Below are positions 1 through 9,720 of a DNA stretch of 64,000 nt, piece after piece. The DNA comes from a bacterium (GTDB lineage: Bacteria; UBA8248; JACPRG01; G963555815). How positions within the stretch are numbered: position 1 is the stretch's first letter; each line of letters opens with the position of its first letter. The DNA lies in assembly GCA_965261595.1 (NCBI GenBank), contig CBDHDG010000004.1, positions 704,001-768,000 of the forward strand, in the 5' to 3' direction. The notes under the pieces were generated by a model. That model was not told the origin of the DNA, made no database searches, and saw only the letters and a list, made by a program, of their open reading frames with translations. A program made the position numbers and the translations under genes.

Positions 1-1347
1 CCCGGACGGCCCGCCGCCCGGCGCCGGAATCGAGCGCCCCTCCTCTCCCTTCCCCCTCCCGCCCTTCTCTCGCCGCCCCTTCCACCCGCAGGCCTCCGCC
101 GCTTTGCGGATGCAGTCCGTGAGGCTGCAGCTCTTCATCTCCCAGCCGTGAATCGAGGTCTCGCCCTCCCGGATGGCGTTCTTCAACCGTAGGTCGAGGG
201 GGTCCATCCCCAGCGCCTCCGCCAGGTGATCGAGGCAGGCCTCGAGGGCGAAGACCATCTGGGGGTTGCCCATCCCGCGGAACGCGCCCGCGGGCAGGCG
301 GTTGGTGTAGACCATCCGCGCGTCCGTCCGGAGGGACCCGAACCGGTAGCAGTTGTCCATCCGCATGCACGTGACGCTCATGACCTTCTGCGTCCGGCCG
401 CAGTAGGCGCCGGCGTCCCCCTCGATCCGGGCCTCTTTGGCCGTGAGATCGCCTTCGGCCGACGCGCCCACGCGCAGGCGGATCCGGTAAGGGACCCGGG
501 GCCTCGATCCCCGGAATTCCTCCGTCCTGCTGTTCGACAGATGAACCGGAAGACCCGCCGCCCCGGCGAGCAGGGCGGCCAGGATGGTGTTGGGCTCGTC
601 CACCATCTTTCCGCCGAACGCCCCGCCGACGCTGGGCTGGATGATCCGCACCCGGGAGGCCGATACGCCCAAGGCCTCGGCCACGCGGTCCCGGGCGGGA
701 AAGATGTTCTGGACCGGGGCGTAGACGGTGAATTTCCCCGCCGGGTCCACTTCGGCGACTGTCCCGATGGGCTCCATGTAGGCGTGGTGCTGCATCGAGG
801 TCTCGAACGTGTTCTCGTAAACGGCCGCCGCCCTCCCGAACGCCTCCTCCGGGTCCCCCCGCAAAAAGGTCATGCGCCGGGCGACGTTGTCCGGCCTCTC
901 TTCATGGAGGACGGGCGCGCCCTCGGCCAACGCCTCGTCGATGCCCAGGACCGGCGGGAGGAGCTCGTATTCCACGCGGATCCGGTCGAGGGCTTCGAGG
1001 GCCGCGTCCTCTTCGGCCGCCGCCACGGCGGCGACCTCCTCTCCCGCGAAGCGGACGCGCCCCGCGGCCAGGGCCGTCTGATCTTTGATCTCGTGCCCCC
1101 AGCGGACTTGCGGAATGTCATCCCAGGTCAGGACGGCCCGGACCCCGGGGACCTTTTTGGCGGCGGCGGTGTCGATCCCGGCGATACGGGCGTGGGGGTG
1201 CGGACTGCGCAGGACTTTTCCCGTCAGCATGCGGGGAAGGCGGAGGTCCGCGACGTAAGCCGCCCTCCCCCGCGCCTTCGCCGGGGCCTCCAGCGTCGGG
1301 ACGGGCTTTCCGATCCAGCGAAACTCGCCGGGGTTCCGGCTCATCAT
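1..1347 (-). CDS. Xanthine dehydrogenase family molybdopterin-binding subunit (runs off window edge)
   Basis: Not in the ORF track. Manual translation from ATG 1347 gives MMSRNPGEFRWIGKPVPTLEAPAKARGRAAYVADLRLPRMLTGKVLRSPHPHARI, later GGAFGGK and VYTNRLPAGAFRGMGNPQ. Confidence 0.9.
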   Translation of the reverse strand, partial: MMSRNPGEFRWIGKPVPTLEAPAKARGRAAYVADLRLPRMLTGKVLRSPHPHARIAGIDTAAAKKVPGVRAVLTWDDIPQVRWGHEIKDQTALAAGRVRFAGEEVAAVAAAEEDAALEALDRIRVEYELLPPVLGIDEALAEGAPVLHEERPDNVARRMTFLRGDPEEAFGRAAAVYENTFETSMQHHAYMEPIGTVAEVDPAGKFTVYAPVQNIFPARDRVAEALGVSASRVRIIQPSVGGAFGGKMVDEPNTILAALLAGAAGLPVHLSNSRTEEFRGSRPRVPYRIRLRVGASAEGDLTAKEARIEGDAGAYCGRTQKVMSVTCMRMDNCYRFGSLRTDARMVYTNRLPAGAFRGMGNPQMVFALEACLDHLAEALGMDPLDLRLKNAIREGETSIHGWEMKSCSLTDCIRKAAEACGWKGRREKGGRGKGEEGRSIPAPGGGPSG

Positions 1348-1394
1348 GAACCTCGAACAGAGACCGGACCACGAGGGGGGGGGTCCGCGTCGGA

Positions 1395-2510
1395 TTACGG
1401 AATGACGATCAGCTCGTCGTTGGGGGTCTGATCGGACAGGACCTCGCACCCGGAATCGGTGACCGCGACCATGTCCTTGCTCTGAAGGCCGAAACCCTTT
1501 CCCACGCCATAGACCAAGGGCTCGATCCCGAGCACCATGCCCGCTTCCAGGCGGTGGTCGGAGTATTTTCCCAGGTAGGGATCCTCGTGCAAATGGAGAC
1601 CGATGCCGTGCCCCACGAAGGAGATGGGGGGAAGACCGAGCTCCCCGAACTTATCCAGGAACGCTTCATAGACGGCCCGGGCGCCCGCGCCGGGCTTGAT
1701 CAGACCGAGGACCCGTTCCTTGCACTCTATCAGGACCCGCCAGATGTCGATCTCCTCGGCCGAGGCCTCCCCGACGACCGCGGTCCGGCAAACGGCGGCG
1801 TGATACCCGCCGATGATCCCGAAAATCTCCACCCGGCAGAGATCCCCCCGCTTGAGGACGCGGTGCGTCGGCCCCACGTTGGGGTACTCGCTCCGCTCGC
1901 CGGTGGCGACGATCATCATCCTGAACTGTTCCGCGCCGCGCGCGTAGATCTCACGGGTCAGCGCCCCGGCCAGGTCCATCTCGGTCATCCCCTCCCGGAC
2001 GGCGCCGAGCGCCTCGCCCACGGCCTGGTCCGTGATCCGGGAGAGCCGCCGGAGGAGGTCGATCTCCTCGGGCGATTTCAACTGCCGCAGGCGGTTGAAA
2101 ATCTTCTGCGCGGCCGAAAACCGGGCCTCGGGCAGGAGGCCCCGTAGCTCCTCGAAGTCCCCGGCCGGGAGATAATCCATCTCGATCCCGACGGCGGCTT
2201 CGGCGAGTCCCAGGTCCCAGAGCAGCCGGGCGAACACCTCCATCGGCCGGTCGGTAAATTCCCCCCATACCCGGATCTCGACGCCTTCCGCCCGGCTCCG
2301 GACGGTGGTCTCCTCCATGTCGACGGTCAGGAGGGCCTCCCGTCCGTCCCCCGTGACGACGGCCATGGCGTGCCGCCAGCGCATCAAGTGCTGCGAGGGG
2401 ACGACGAATCCGGCGGTGTAGGCGAAGTTCTCCGGCGACATCGCGACCAGGGCGTCCAGACCGGCCTCGGCCATGGCATCGCGCTGCCGGCTGATGATTT
2501 CCTTTTGCAT
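1395..2510 (-). CDS. M24 (Xaa-Pro peptidase/creatinase-like) family protein
   Basis: Creatinase-N-like N-terminus, RQLKSPEEI, GHGIGLHLHEDP, EP motif. Confidence 0.85.
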   Translation of the reverse strand: MQKEIISRQRDAMAEAGLDALVAMSPENFAYTAGFVVPSQHLMRWRHAMAVVTGDGREALLTVDMEETTVRSRAEGVEIRVWGEFTDRPMEVFARLLWDLGLAEAAVGIEMDYLPAGDFEELRGLLPEARFSAAQKIFNRLRQLKSPEEIDLLRRLSRITDQAVGEALGAVREGMTEMDLAGALTREIYARGAEQFRMMIVATGERSEYPNVGPTHRVLKRGDLCRVEIFGIIGGYHAAVCRTAVVGEASAEEIDIWRVLIECKERVLGLIKPGAGARAVYEAFLDKFGELGLPPISFVGHGIGLHLHEDPYLGKYSDHRLEAGMVLGIEPLVYGVGKGFGLQSKDMVAVTDSGCEVLSDQTPNDELIVIP

Positions 2511-2541
2511 GGGGAATCCCCCCCCCCTTCCATCGGTCCCG

Positions 2542-3633
2542 CTAGGTTACGGCCGCGAGGACCGCCTCCGGCGAAAGCCCCTCCAGACCCATCCGGGCCA
2601 TGTTGAGGCCGTCGCGGCGATAGTCCTTTTCCAGGGCGATCGACGCCAGGGTGATCATGCTGTCCATGGCCGGGGTCTCGACCCCGACGAGCCGGCCGAA
2701 CCCGGACATCGGGACCAACCCGTAGCCGATGTCCTCGTGTATGTACCGGTGGTCCAGGGAGGAGGGGGATTGGATGGTCGCGTTCGGCCCGCTTTCGAGC
2801 ATGGCCCGGTGCACCGATCGCGACTGTCTCGCCGCCTCCGTCGTCAGGCCCGCCTCGCGGAAGTAGTCGATAAAGGCCGGAACCTTCAGGCCGAGCCGCC
2901 CGACAATGGCCAGACGCTCGGCGTCCACCTCCTCGATGACGCGCGCCACCGAGGGGGTGATCGACTCCTTGTAGAACAGAACGTCGCCCCCGGTGAACTC
3001 GATCCACCCCGCGTTCATCAGCATCCCCGGCGGATGGATCACGGCGTTGATGTTCATGAAACCCGTTTCCAGGACGCTGGAGGCCGGGAGGAGGTTGGGG
3101 AAGAGCGGGGTCAGAAGCCCCCGCAGCTCGGCCGTGCGCGAGGCCGGCAGGGCGGCGAACCGGAGGTTGGCCGTCTCCCGGTATACGGCGGCCGTCGCCG
3201 GCCCCTCCATCCGGCAGATGTAGGTCAGCGTCACCGACTCGCAAAGGGGGGGCTCGTCCGGCCCGTTCGCCGAGCGCAACGCGCCGGCGAAGTGGAGTCC
3301 CCCGCCCGTGTGTCCGGGGTTCAGGTAGATGACCTGCTCCCCGTCCAGGAGCGGCGCGAGGGCGCAGGCGTAGCCTTCGTGGGAAACCGAAGGGACCACC
3401 AGCATCACGAGATCGGACCCCGGGACAACCTCCGCGAGATCGGTCGAGAGGACCGCCGGCCGAACCGTTCCCCGATACGCGCCCTGAACGGTGATCCCGT
3501 CCCGCAGGGGGGCGAGGCGCTCTTCGGACCGGCTGTGCATCCGGACTTCGAAACCGCGCAGCGTCAGGACGGCGGCGGCGGCGCATCCCCCGTGGCCGGC
3601 CCCGAGAACGGCGACCGTTCGGATTTCACGCAT
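2542..3633 (-). CDS. NAD/NADP-dependent opine (octopine/nopaline) dehydrogenase family protein
   Basis: VAVLGAGHGG Rossmann motif; NINAVIHP, RYIHEDIGYGLVP typical of opine dehydrogenases. Confidence 0.88.
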   Translation of the reverse strand: MREIRTVAVLGAGHGGCAAAAVLTLRGFEVRMHSRSEERLAPLRDGITVQGAYRGTVRPAVLSTDLAEVVPGSDLVMLVVPSVSHEGYACALAPLLDGEQVIYLNPGHTGGGLHFAGALRSANGPDEPPLCESVTLTYICRMEGPATAAVYRETANLRFAALPASRTAELRGLLTPLFPNLLPASSVLETGFMNINAVIHPPGMLMNAGWIEFTGGDVLFYKESITPSVARVIEEVDAERLAIVGRLGLKVPAFIDYFREAGLTTEAARQSRSVHRAMLESGPNATIQSPSSLDHRYIHEDIGYGLVPMSGFGRLVGVETPAMDSMITLASIALEKDYRRDGLNMARMGLEGLSPEAVLAAVT

Positions 3634-4795
3634 CGGAGTCCACCCGGTATTTCGCGATCTTGTCCTCGTCTACGTCGATCCCCATTCCCGGGCCGTCCGG
3701 CACGCGGATCGCGCCGCCTTCGAAGGTGAAGGGCGCTTGGATCAGGTCGTCGGTGTAGTAAATCCCGGCGATCCGGCCGTCCTGGGCCTCGGCCGGGGTC
3801 GAGACGGGGACCACGCAGGAGAGCGTGACCGGCGCGGCGGCGGCGGCCAGGTGGATGTTGGCGAGGTTGCCCACGCCCGTCTCCACCGAGCCGTTCAGGT
3901 TGCACGGGAACCCCGCGGCCCGCGCCACCGCGGCGACCTCCATCGCCCGGTAAAGCCCCCCCGGCTTCGTCGTGTAGATCGAGATGATGTCCGCCGCCCG
4001 GCGCTCGAAAATCTCGAGAACGTCGTAGGCGTTCCACGCGGTCTCATCCGCCATGACCGGCGTATCCAGGGCGCGCGCGACTTCGGCCAGGCGCGCCATC
4101 CCCTCGACCGGCTGCTCGGCGTATTTGAGCCGGACGGGCTCCATGGCCTTGAGCGTCTGAAGGGCCTCCGCCGGACTGGCGTAGCCCTGGTTGGCGTCCA
4201 CGCAGAGGTCGATCTCCTCCCCCACGGCCTCCCGGACCCGGTGAACGAGATCGATGTCCCGCCGGGGATCCCCGCCCACCTTGATCTTGATTGTCCGGAT
4301 TCCCTCTTTCACGACCTGCCGGCATTCGGCCACGGCCTCGTCGCCGGGGAGAAGCCCGATGGAATGCGTGACCGGAATCCAATCCCGGACGCGGCCGCCC
4401 AAGAGGGCGTAGACGGGAACGCCGAGAGACCGACCCGTCAGGTCGTAGGCGGCCATCTCGACAGCGGCCTTGGCGTAGGGGTATCCCCGGACCGCGGCGT
4501 CCATCTTTTGGTGAAGCCCCGCGAAGTTCCCCGCATCCTCATTCAGAACCGCCGGCGCCAGACAGCTCTCGATGACGAACTTCACCGTGCCCGCCGACTC
4601 GCCGAAATAACGGCCGTAGTCGCCCGCCCAATCCTTGAGCGCGGGCGCCTCTCCCCAGCCGACCGTTCCGTCGTCGCCGGTCATCCGGACGAGGAGATAC
4701 CCGCCGATGGAGTCGGTCTTGAGCCCCGTCCACTTGTGAACCCGCCGCGTCGGCAGGGCCACATGGATCATCTCTATCCTCCGGATTTGAGTCAT
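3626..4795 (-). CDS. Enolase superfamily protein, muconate cycloisomerase-like
   Basis: GWGEA, KIK, VDANQ, EQP, ADE motifs. Confidence 0.88.
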   Translation of the reverse strand: MTQIRRIEMIHVALPTRRVHKWTGLKTDSIGGYLLVRMTGDDGTVGWGEAPALKDWAGDYGRYFGESAGTVKFVIESCLAPAVLNEDAGNFAGLHQKMDAAVRGYPYAKAAVEMAAYDLTGRSLGVPVYALLGGRVRDWIPVTHSIGLLPGDEAVAECRQVVKEGIRTIKIKVGGDPRRDIDLVHRVREAVGEEIDLCVDANQGYASPAEALQTLKAMEPVRLKYAEQPVEGMARLAEVARALDTPVMADETAWNAYDVLEIFERRAADIISIYTTKPGGLYRAMEVAAVARAAGFPCNLNGSVETGVGNLANIHLAAAAAPVTLSCVVPVSTPAEAQDGRIAGIYYTDDLIQAPFTFEGGAIRVPDGPGMGIDVDEDKIAKYRVDSDA

Positions 4796-5009
4796 TCAAA
4801 CGTCTCCGGATTGTCCAAAAAATCAGGGAGGAGGAGGGGCGCAACCCTGGCGGCCGCCCCGGCCCATCGAAGGCGGCGTCCCGCTGTCAAAGAGCAAACC
4901 TTAACAGGAGGCGGTTCCACGGGGCAAGGGTCGTCCGGGGCGTCGAAACCGGCCCTTCTCAGGCACGTCGCCAAATCATGGAGCGTCGATCAGGTCTCAG
5001 CCCCCCGCT

Positions 5010-6752
5010 TCAATCCTCCACCGTGAGGGCCGAACACTCCATCTCCCCGCGCTCCCCCCGCCTGACGCGCGTCACGCGCCGCCATCCGGGGTCGATCCCG
5101 GGATGATCCAGCCGGTAATGGGCGCCGCGGCTCTCTTTTCGCATGCCGGCCGCGGCGGCCAGCATGCGGGCGACCTGACACAGGTTCCGGGTTTCGACGG
5201 CCGCGCGCATCGCCTGGTTGCGGGCCGCCGGGCCCATGCCGTCCAGCTCCTCGGGCGGAGCGAGCGTCAGGCTCTCCCGCACCCGCGTCTCCAGCGCCGC
5301 CAACCGCTCCACCGCCGCGTCGAGCCTCGGGCCTTCCCGGATGATGCCGAGGTCGGCTTGGGCCAGCTCCCGGATCTCCCGCCTTACGGCCGCGGCCGGG
5401 ACGCCTTCCCGCCGGTCGCGGACCGCGTTGAGCCAACAGACGCCCTCCCCCCCCTCTCCCCCCTCCAACGCCGCCCCGGCCTCCGCCCGCGCGGCGCTCT
5501 CCCCGGCCAGGCGCGCCGCCGCTTTCCCCGCGCGGCTTCCGAAGACCATGGCGGCCGACAGGGCGCTTCCGCCTATCCGGTTCGCCCCGTGGATTCCGCC
5601 GGCGTTGTCCCCGGCGGCGAAGAGTCCCGGCACGTCCGCGGCCCCGTCTACGTCGATCTTCACGCCCCCCAGCCAAGTGTGCGAGCCCGGGGCCAGCTCC
5701 TGGGGCCGCTCGGTCAGGTCGATCCCGTGGTTCTTGTATTGGCGGTGGATGTGGGGCGCGTACTTGAGGATCCGATCGAGCGGCAGGTGGGTGCTGTCCA
5801 GATAGATCCCCCCCGCCGGGGTCCCGCGGCCTTCGCGGATCTCCATGGCCATGGTGTGGCAGATCTCGGCCCGGCCGGCCTCCTCCGCGATTCCCGGATA
5901 ATACCGTTCCATGAAGGCCTCTCCAGAGGCGTTGCGGAAAATGCTCCCCATGATGATGAAGCCGGTGGGGTGAGGGGCGAACCCCCGCATCTTCTCCGGC
6001 GCGACGCAGAGGGGCTGAAAATCGACCATCTCCAGGTTGATCAGAGAGGCCCCCGCGCGATAGGCCGCCGCGTATCCGTCTCCGGTGATGAGGGGCGGGT
6101 TGTCGTGCACAAGGTAGAGGGCCGAGCCGCCTCCGGAGGCCAGAACGACCGCCGGCGCGGAAATGGCCAGCCATTCGCCCCGGCCGTAATCCCAGGCGGC
6201 CGCCCCGGCGCAGCGCCCCGCTGAAACCGCGAGGTCCACGAGAACGGCCTGCTCCGCCCGCTCGATGCCCGGCGTTTTCTTGACCTTCGACGACAGACAC
6301 TTCATGACGGCCACACCCGTGTGGTCGCGGCCGTGAAGGGCGCGGGGATAGGTGTTCTTCGGCATTTCCTTCTGCTGAAAGTCTCCGCCCTCCCGAACGA
6401 GGTCAAGCCCCCAGGTCTCCTTCTCGCGGACCAGGGGAACAATATCCCGCGTCCAGACCTCCGTGAGACGGGGGCTGTTCAGACCTCCTCCATTCCTCAA
6501 CACGTCTTCGGCGTGGGCCGCCGGGCTGTCCCGGGGATCGCGAATGGCCAGGGCCGCGCCGAACCCTCCCCGCGCCATGCCCGAGACGCCGCTCGGGACC
6601 CGGCCCTTCGTCAGGAGGAGGACCTTCGCCCCCGCCTCCGCCGCGGAGATGGCGGCGAGACAACCCGCCGCGCCGCTTCCGACAACGAGGACGTCAACGG
6701 CCTTCTCGATAACAGGGGAGGGGGGGGGCAGGGGGGGCGGCCGGAGGCTCAA
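5010..6752 (-). CDS. FAD-dependent oxidoreductase, SdhA/FrdA/NadB family
   Basis: DVLVVGSGAAG, HTWLGG, HGANRIGGSAL, RKESRGAHYR. Probable TTG start overlaps the upstream stop; the longer ORF-track start is probably spurious. Confidence 0.85.
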   Translation of the reverse strand: MSLRPPPLPPPSPVIEKAVDVLVVGSGAAGCLAAISAAEAGAKVLLLTKGRVPSGVSGMARGGFGAALAIRDPRDSPAAHAEDVLRNGGGLNSPRLTEVWTRDIVPLVREKETWGLDLVREGGDFQQKEMPKNTYPRALHGRDHTGVAVMKCLSSKVKKTPGIERAEQAVLVDLAVSAGRCAGAAAWDYGRGEWLAISAPAVVLASGGGSALYLVHDNPPLITGDGYAAAYRAGASLINLEMVDFQPLCVAPEKMRGFAPHPTGFIIMGSIFRNASGEAFMERYYPGIAEEAGRAEICHTMAMEIREGRGTPAGGIYLDSTHLPLDRILKYAPHIHRQYKNHGIDLTERPQELAPGSHTWLGGVKIDVDGAADVPGLFAAGDNAGGIHGANRIGGSALSAAMVFGSRAGKAAARLAGESAARAEAGAALEGGEGGEGVCWLNAVRDRREGVPAAAVRREIRELAQADLGIIREGPRLDAAVERLAALETRVRESLTLAPPEELDGMGPAARNQAMRAAVETRNLCQVARMLAAAAGMRKESRGAHYRLDHPGIDPGWRRVTRVRRGERGEMECSALTVED

Positions 6753-8032
6753 GGCTCGCGGCTCCGGCGTCCCGCCGTCTCGATGAGGCCGCACGCCCTT
6801 TGGACCAGAGCTTCGGCGAATTCCGGATCGTTGATGTGGGCGTCGACCCGCCGGACCGGAACCCCTTCCAGACCGGCCTCCAGCGCCTTCAGGAAGGCGC
6901 GGTCGGCCTCCGGGTCGAACCAGCGGGCCTTCGGACTGCCTTCGTGGGGGGAGACCTCGGGGCCGCCTTCGCGGTCCAGCGACGAAAACCCGCGAAGCGG
7001 GACCAGGACCTCCACGGGTCCGGCCGCGGCGTTGAGCTTGCGGGCCATCAAGCCTCCGAGCGCGCGGCTCTCCTCCGCGTTCGCGCGCATCAGGAGAATG
7101 TCCGCGTTGTAGCGGTGCAGCGTGCGCCGTCCGAACCGCTCGGCGGGAAAATCCTTCACCCAGAAATTCACCAGGTCCAGCGCGCCGGGGACAACCACCT
7201 GGGGGACGCCCGCCTTTCCCGCGCCCTCGAGCCGGTCCGGTCCGGCCGCGAAGCTTCCGCCGAGCAGGGCGTCCGTGAGCTCGCTCGTCGTCAGATCCAC
7301 GGCCCCGGCGAACATCCCCCGGGCGGCCAGGTCCTCGAGGGCCCGGCCTCCCGGTCCGCTCGCGTGAAACAGCATCACCTCGTAGCCCTTCGCCTCCAAA
7401 CCGGATTTGGCCGCGTCCACGCAGGGCTGGGTGACGCCGAAGGAAGACATCGCGACCAGGGGGAGGGGGCTCGCCATATCCGGGTACGGACGCGCGGCCA
7501 TCCCGAGGACGGCCCCGACGGCTTCGGCCAGGATCCTCCGGGTGGTGCGGTTCAGGGACAAGTCCCCGATGGAGGAGAGCATCATGATGTCGCCCGCGCC
7601 GACGTAATGGGCGACCTCGCCGGAGGCCATCGCGGAGACCATCACCTTGGGAAAACCGATGGGGAGGGTCCGCATAACGCCCGTAGCGAGCACCGTCCCG
7701 TTCGCGCCGCCGAGGCCCATGACGCCCTGGACCTCGCTCTTCGCGGCCCACCCGCCGACCAGACGCGCGGCGCCTTCGACCAAAACCCGCGCCGCGTCCC
7801 GACGGTCCAGGCGGTGGACCGCCGCAAGGTCCATCCCGCCCAGGGCCGCCACCTCCCCCGGGAGGACGTCCGCCTCCGCCGCGCCTTCTCCCCGTAGGCT
7901 CACGTCCACCAGACGAACGTCCGCGCCCGCCTCGCCCAGAAGGGTCCGGACAAAGTCATACTCGGGCATCTTCGTGTCGAGCGTCCCGATGAGGGCGATG
8001 GTGATCTTCTCGCGGCTCAAAGCGTGATCCAT
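6749..8032 (-). CDS. Tm-1-like ATP-binding domain protein (UPF0261)
   Basis: IGTLDTK N-terminus, LPIGFPKVMVS, FGVTQPCV, FHASGPGG, DAHINDPEFA. Confidence 0.88.
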   Translation of the reverse strand: MDHALSREKITIALIGTLDTKMPEYDFVRTLLGEAGADVRLVDVSLRGEGAAEADVLPGEVAALGGMDLAAVHRLDRRDAARVLVEGAARLVGGWAAKSEVQGVMGLGGANGTVLATGVMRTLPIGFPKVMVSAMASGEVAHYVGAGDIMMLSSIGDLSLNRTTRRILAEAVGAVLGMAARPYPDMASPLPLVAMSSFGVTQPCVDAAKSGLEAKGYEVMLFHASGPGGRALEDLAARGMFAGAVDLTTSELTDALLGGSFAAGPDRLEGAGKAGVPQVVVPGALDLVNFWVKDFPAERFGRRTLHRYNADILLMRANAEESRALGGLMARKLNAAAGPVEVLVPLRGFSSLDREGGPEVSPHEGSPKARWFDPEADRAFLKALEAGLEGVPVRRVDAHINDPEFAEALVQRACGLIETAGRRSREP

Positions 8033-8445
8033 CCGTCGTGCGACCAGCCTTGGCGGCGGTCTGATGGATTTGAGAAAATCCGACGCGGGTCGGGCCGATC
8101 CTCCCGCCCCCCCTTCCCCCCCTCAGACTCCTCGGATTTCTCGGCGATAAGATAAATTCGAGGCTACTCAACCACCCGTGCGTTCGTCAAACAAAATGGG
8201 CTCGGACCATTCGGGATCGGCGCGGCCTGAGGGACCGGCGTCGACTTCCGACCGCGGAAATCCGTCTATCCGGTTCTCGGTCCAGTCCCCCCGAAATCTC
8301 TCTCATTCAAAAAAACTGTTGACCCACCGCGCCAACACGGTCACATTATCCAAGCGTGTAATTGTGCCTGCATTTGTAAGGATGTTCGTCTCGTTTGCGG
8401 AGATCGCAAACAGTTCCTGTGGAACCCAGGGAGGAAGCTGAGTCG

Positions 8446-8670
8446 ATGGCTACCAAGAAACCCGCCGCGAAAAAATCTTCGGCCAAAAAGACCACCGCGA
8501 AACGCGCCGCACCGAAGAAGGCCGCGGCCAAAAAAACCACCGCAAAACGCGCCGCGCCGAAAAAGGCCGCGGCCAAAAAAACCACGGCCAAAAGAGCGCC
8601 TGCCAAAAAGGCCGCCGCGAGAAAGACCACAGCCAAAAAGAAAACAGCGAGCAAGGCCAGAAAAAGATAG
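8446..8670 (+). CDS. Histone H1-like Lys/Ala-rich DNA-binding protein (74 aa)
   Basis: [18 protein letters not shown] followed by repeated [15 protein letters not shown] units. Confidence 0.8.
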   Translation: MATKKPAAKKSSAKKTTAKRAAPKKAAAKKTTAKRAAPKKAAAKKTTAKRAPAKKAAARKTTAKKKTASKARKR

Positions 8671-8964
8671 GGCCGGCATTTACAGAACGGCCGCGGAACG
8701 AAAACCTCGTCTTGCGCCGGGGAGCGGAATTCCCATTCCGTCCCCGGCCGGGCGTGATCATGTATCCATACGGTTCACGCTGTGGACTGACCCAAGCGGT
8801 CCCGGGAGGCCGGCCCGTCCTCTCTCGTCACCGCTCCCACGCCACGGGGCGTGACTTCCGCACGACCCGCCCGAAATGAAATTTCGTGCGGCGCCTTGCG
8901 CCCCAGTTTCCGGTATGGACAGCGCAACGGCCTCTCTATCCCTGAGACCCGGGCGGTTCGGTCA

Positions 8965-9696
8965 TTGACGAATTCCAGGAAGATCTCACGAATCGATTCA
9001 CCGCCCGGAGAACGCCGGACGGACGCCTCCCGGCTTGAGCTCCTCCGCCGGCTTTTCAACCGGTTGAACCGGGAGTTGTTCCGCGACGCCCTCCCCGCAC
9101 CCAAGCTCCGCCTCAGCCGCCGGATGAAATCGAGCGCGGGCTCCGTCCAGTACGGCTCGGCGCACAGAATCCTGACCATCTCCATCCCCTATCACGATCA
9201 TTTCGGTTGGGACGAAGAGCTTGTCTCCACCATGAAGCATGAGATGCTTCACCTCCACTTGGAGCGCACCCGCGGGATTCGGGGCCACGGCAAGGTGTTC
9301 TCCGACATGTGCAAGGCGCTCGGGACTGAGCGCTACTGCAAGGCGCGCACGCACGCGGGACCGACGCACTTGTACCGATGCCCGATGTGCAAAACCGAGT
9401 ACACGTATCGAAAAAAGGTTCGGCTCTATTGCGGCTCGTGCCATCCGGCGGCCGGATTCAGAAGGACAAGGCTCCGCCTCGTCCGGACGACGACGCCCCG
9501 GCCGGCCGCGGCGGTCACGGCCCCGGAGCGGCCGCGGGAAATCCCGGCCCTGGCGGAGCGGACGGGAAGACAATTGCCGCTTCCGGGCTTTGAAGACGTC
9601 CAGCTTCAGCGCACGGCCGCCCGGCATCGAAAAAAAAACTCCGACGGGATCTTCCCCGAAGTGACACGAAGGATGGGCGACGGCCCGATCCCCTGA
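8965..9696 (+). CDS. SprT-like zinc metalloprotease domain protein
   Basis: FNRLNRELF, RMKSSAG, HEMLH, GHGKVF and a CPMC...CGSC zinc ribbon; start uncertain (8851-8965). Confidence 0.8.
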   Translation: MTNSRKISRIDSPPGERRTDASRLELLRRLFNRLNRELFRDALPAPKLRLSRRMKSSAGSVQYGSAHRILTISIPYHDHFGWDEELVSTMKHEMLHLHLERTRGIRGHGKVFSDMCKALGTERYCKARTHAGPTHLYRCPMCKTEYTYRKKVRLYCGSCHPAAGFRRTRLRLVRTTTPRPAAAVTAPERPREIPALAERTGRQLPLPGFEDVQLQRTAARHRKKNSDGIFPEVTRRMGDGPIP

Positions 9697-9720
9697 ACGC
9701 CCCGATTCCAGGGTGAGCCT

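Noticed and set aside
2542..3633. Opine metallophore (staphylopine/pseudopaline) synthesis
   Set aside because: No nicotianamine-synthase-like gene or metal transporter is adjacent.
8446..8670. CRISPR-like or non-coding tandem repeat
   Set aside because: The repeats are in-frame coding units with no unique spacers; no cas genes are present.
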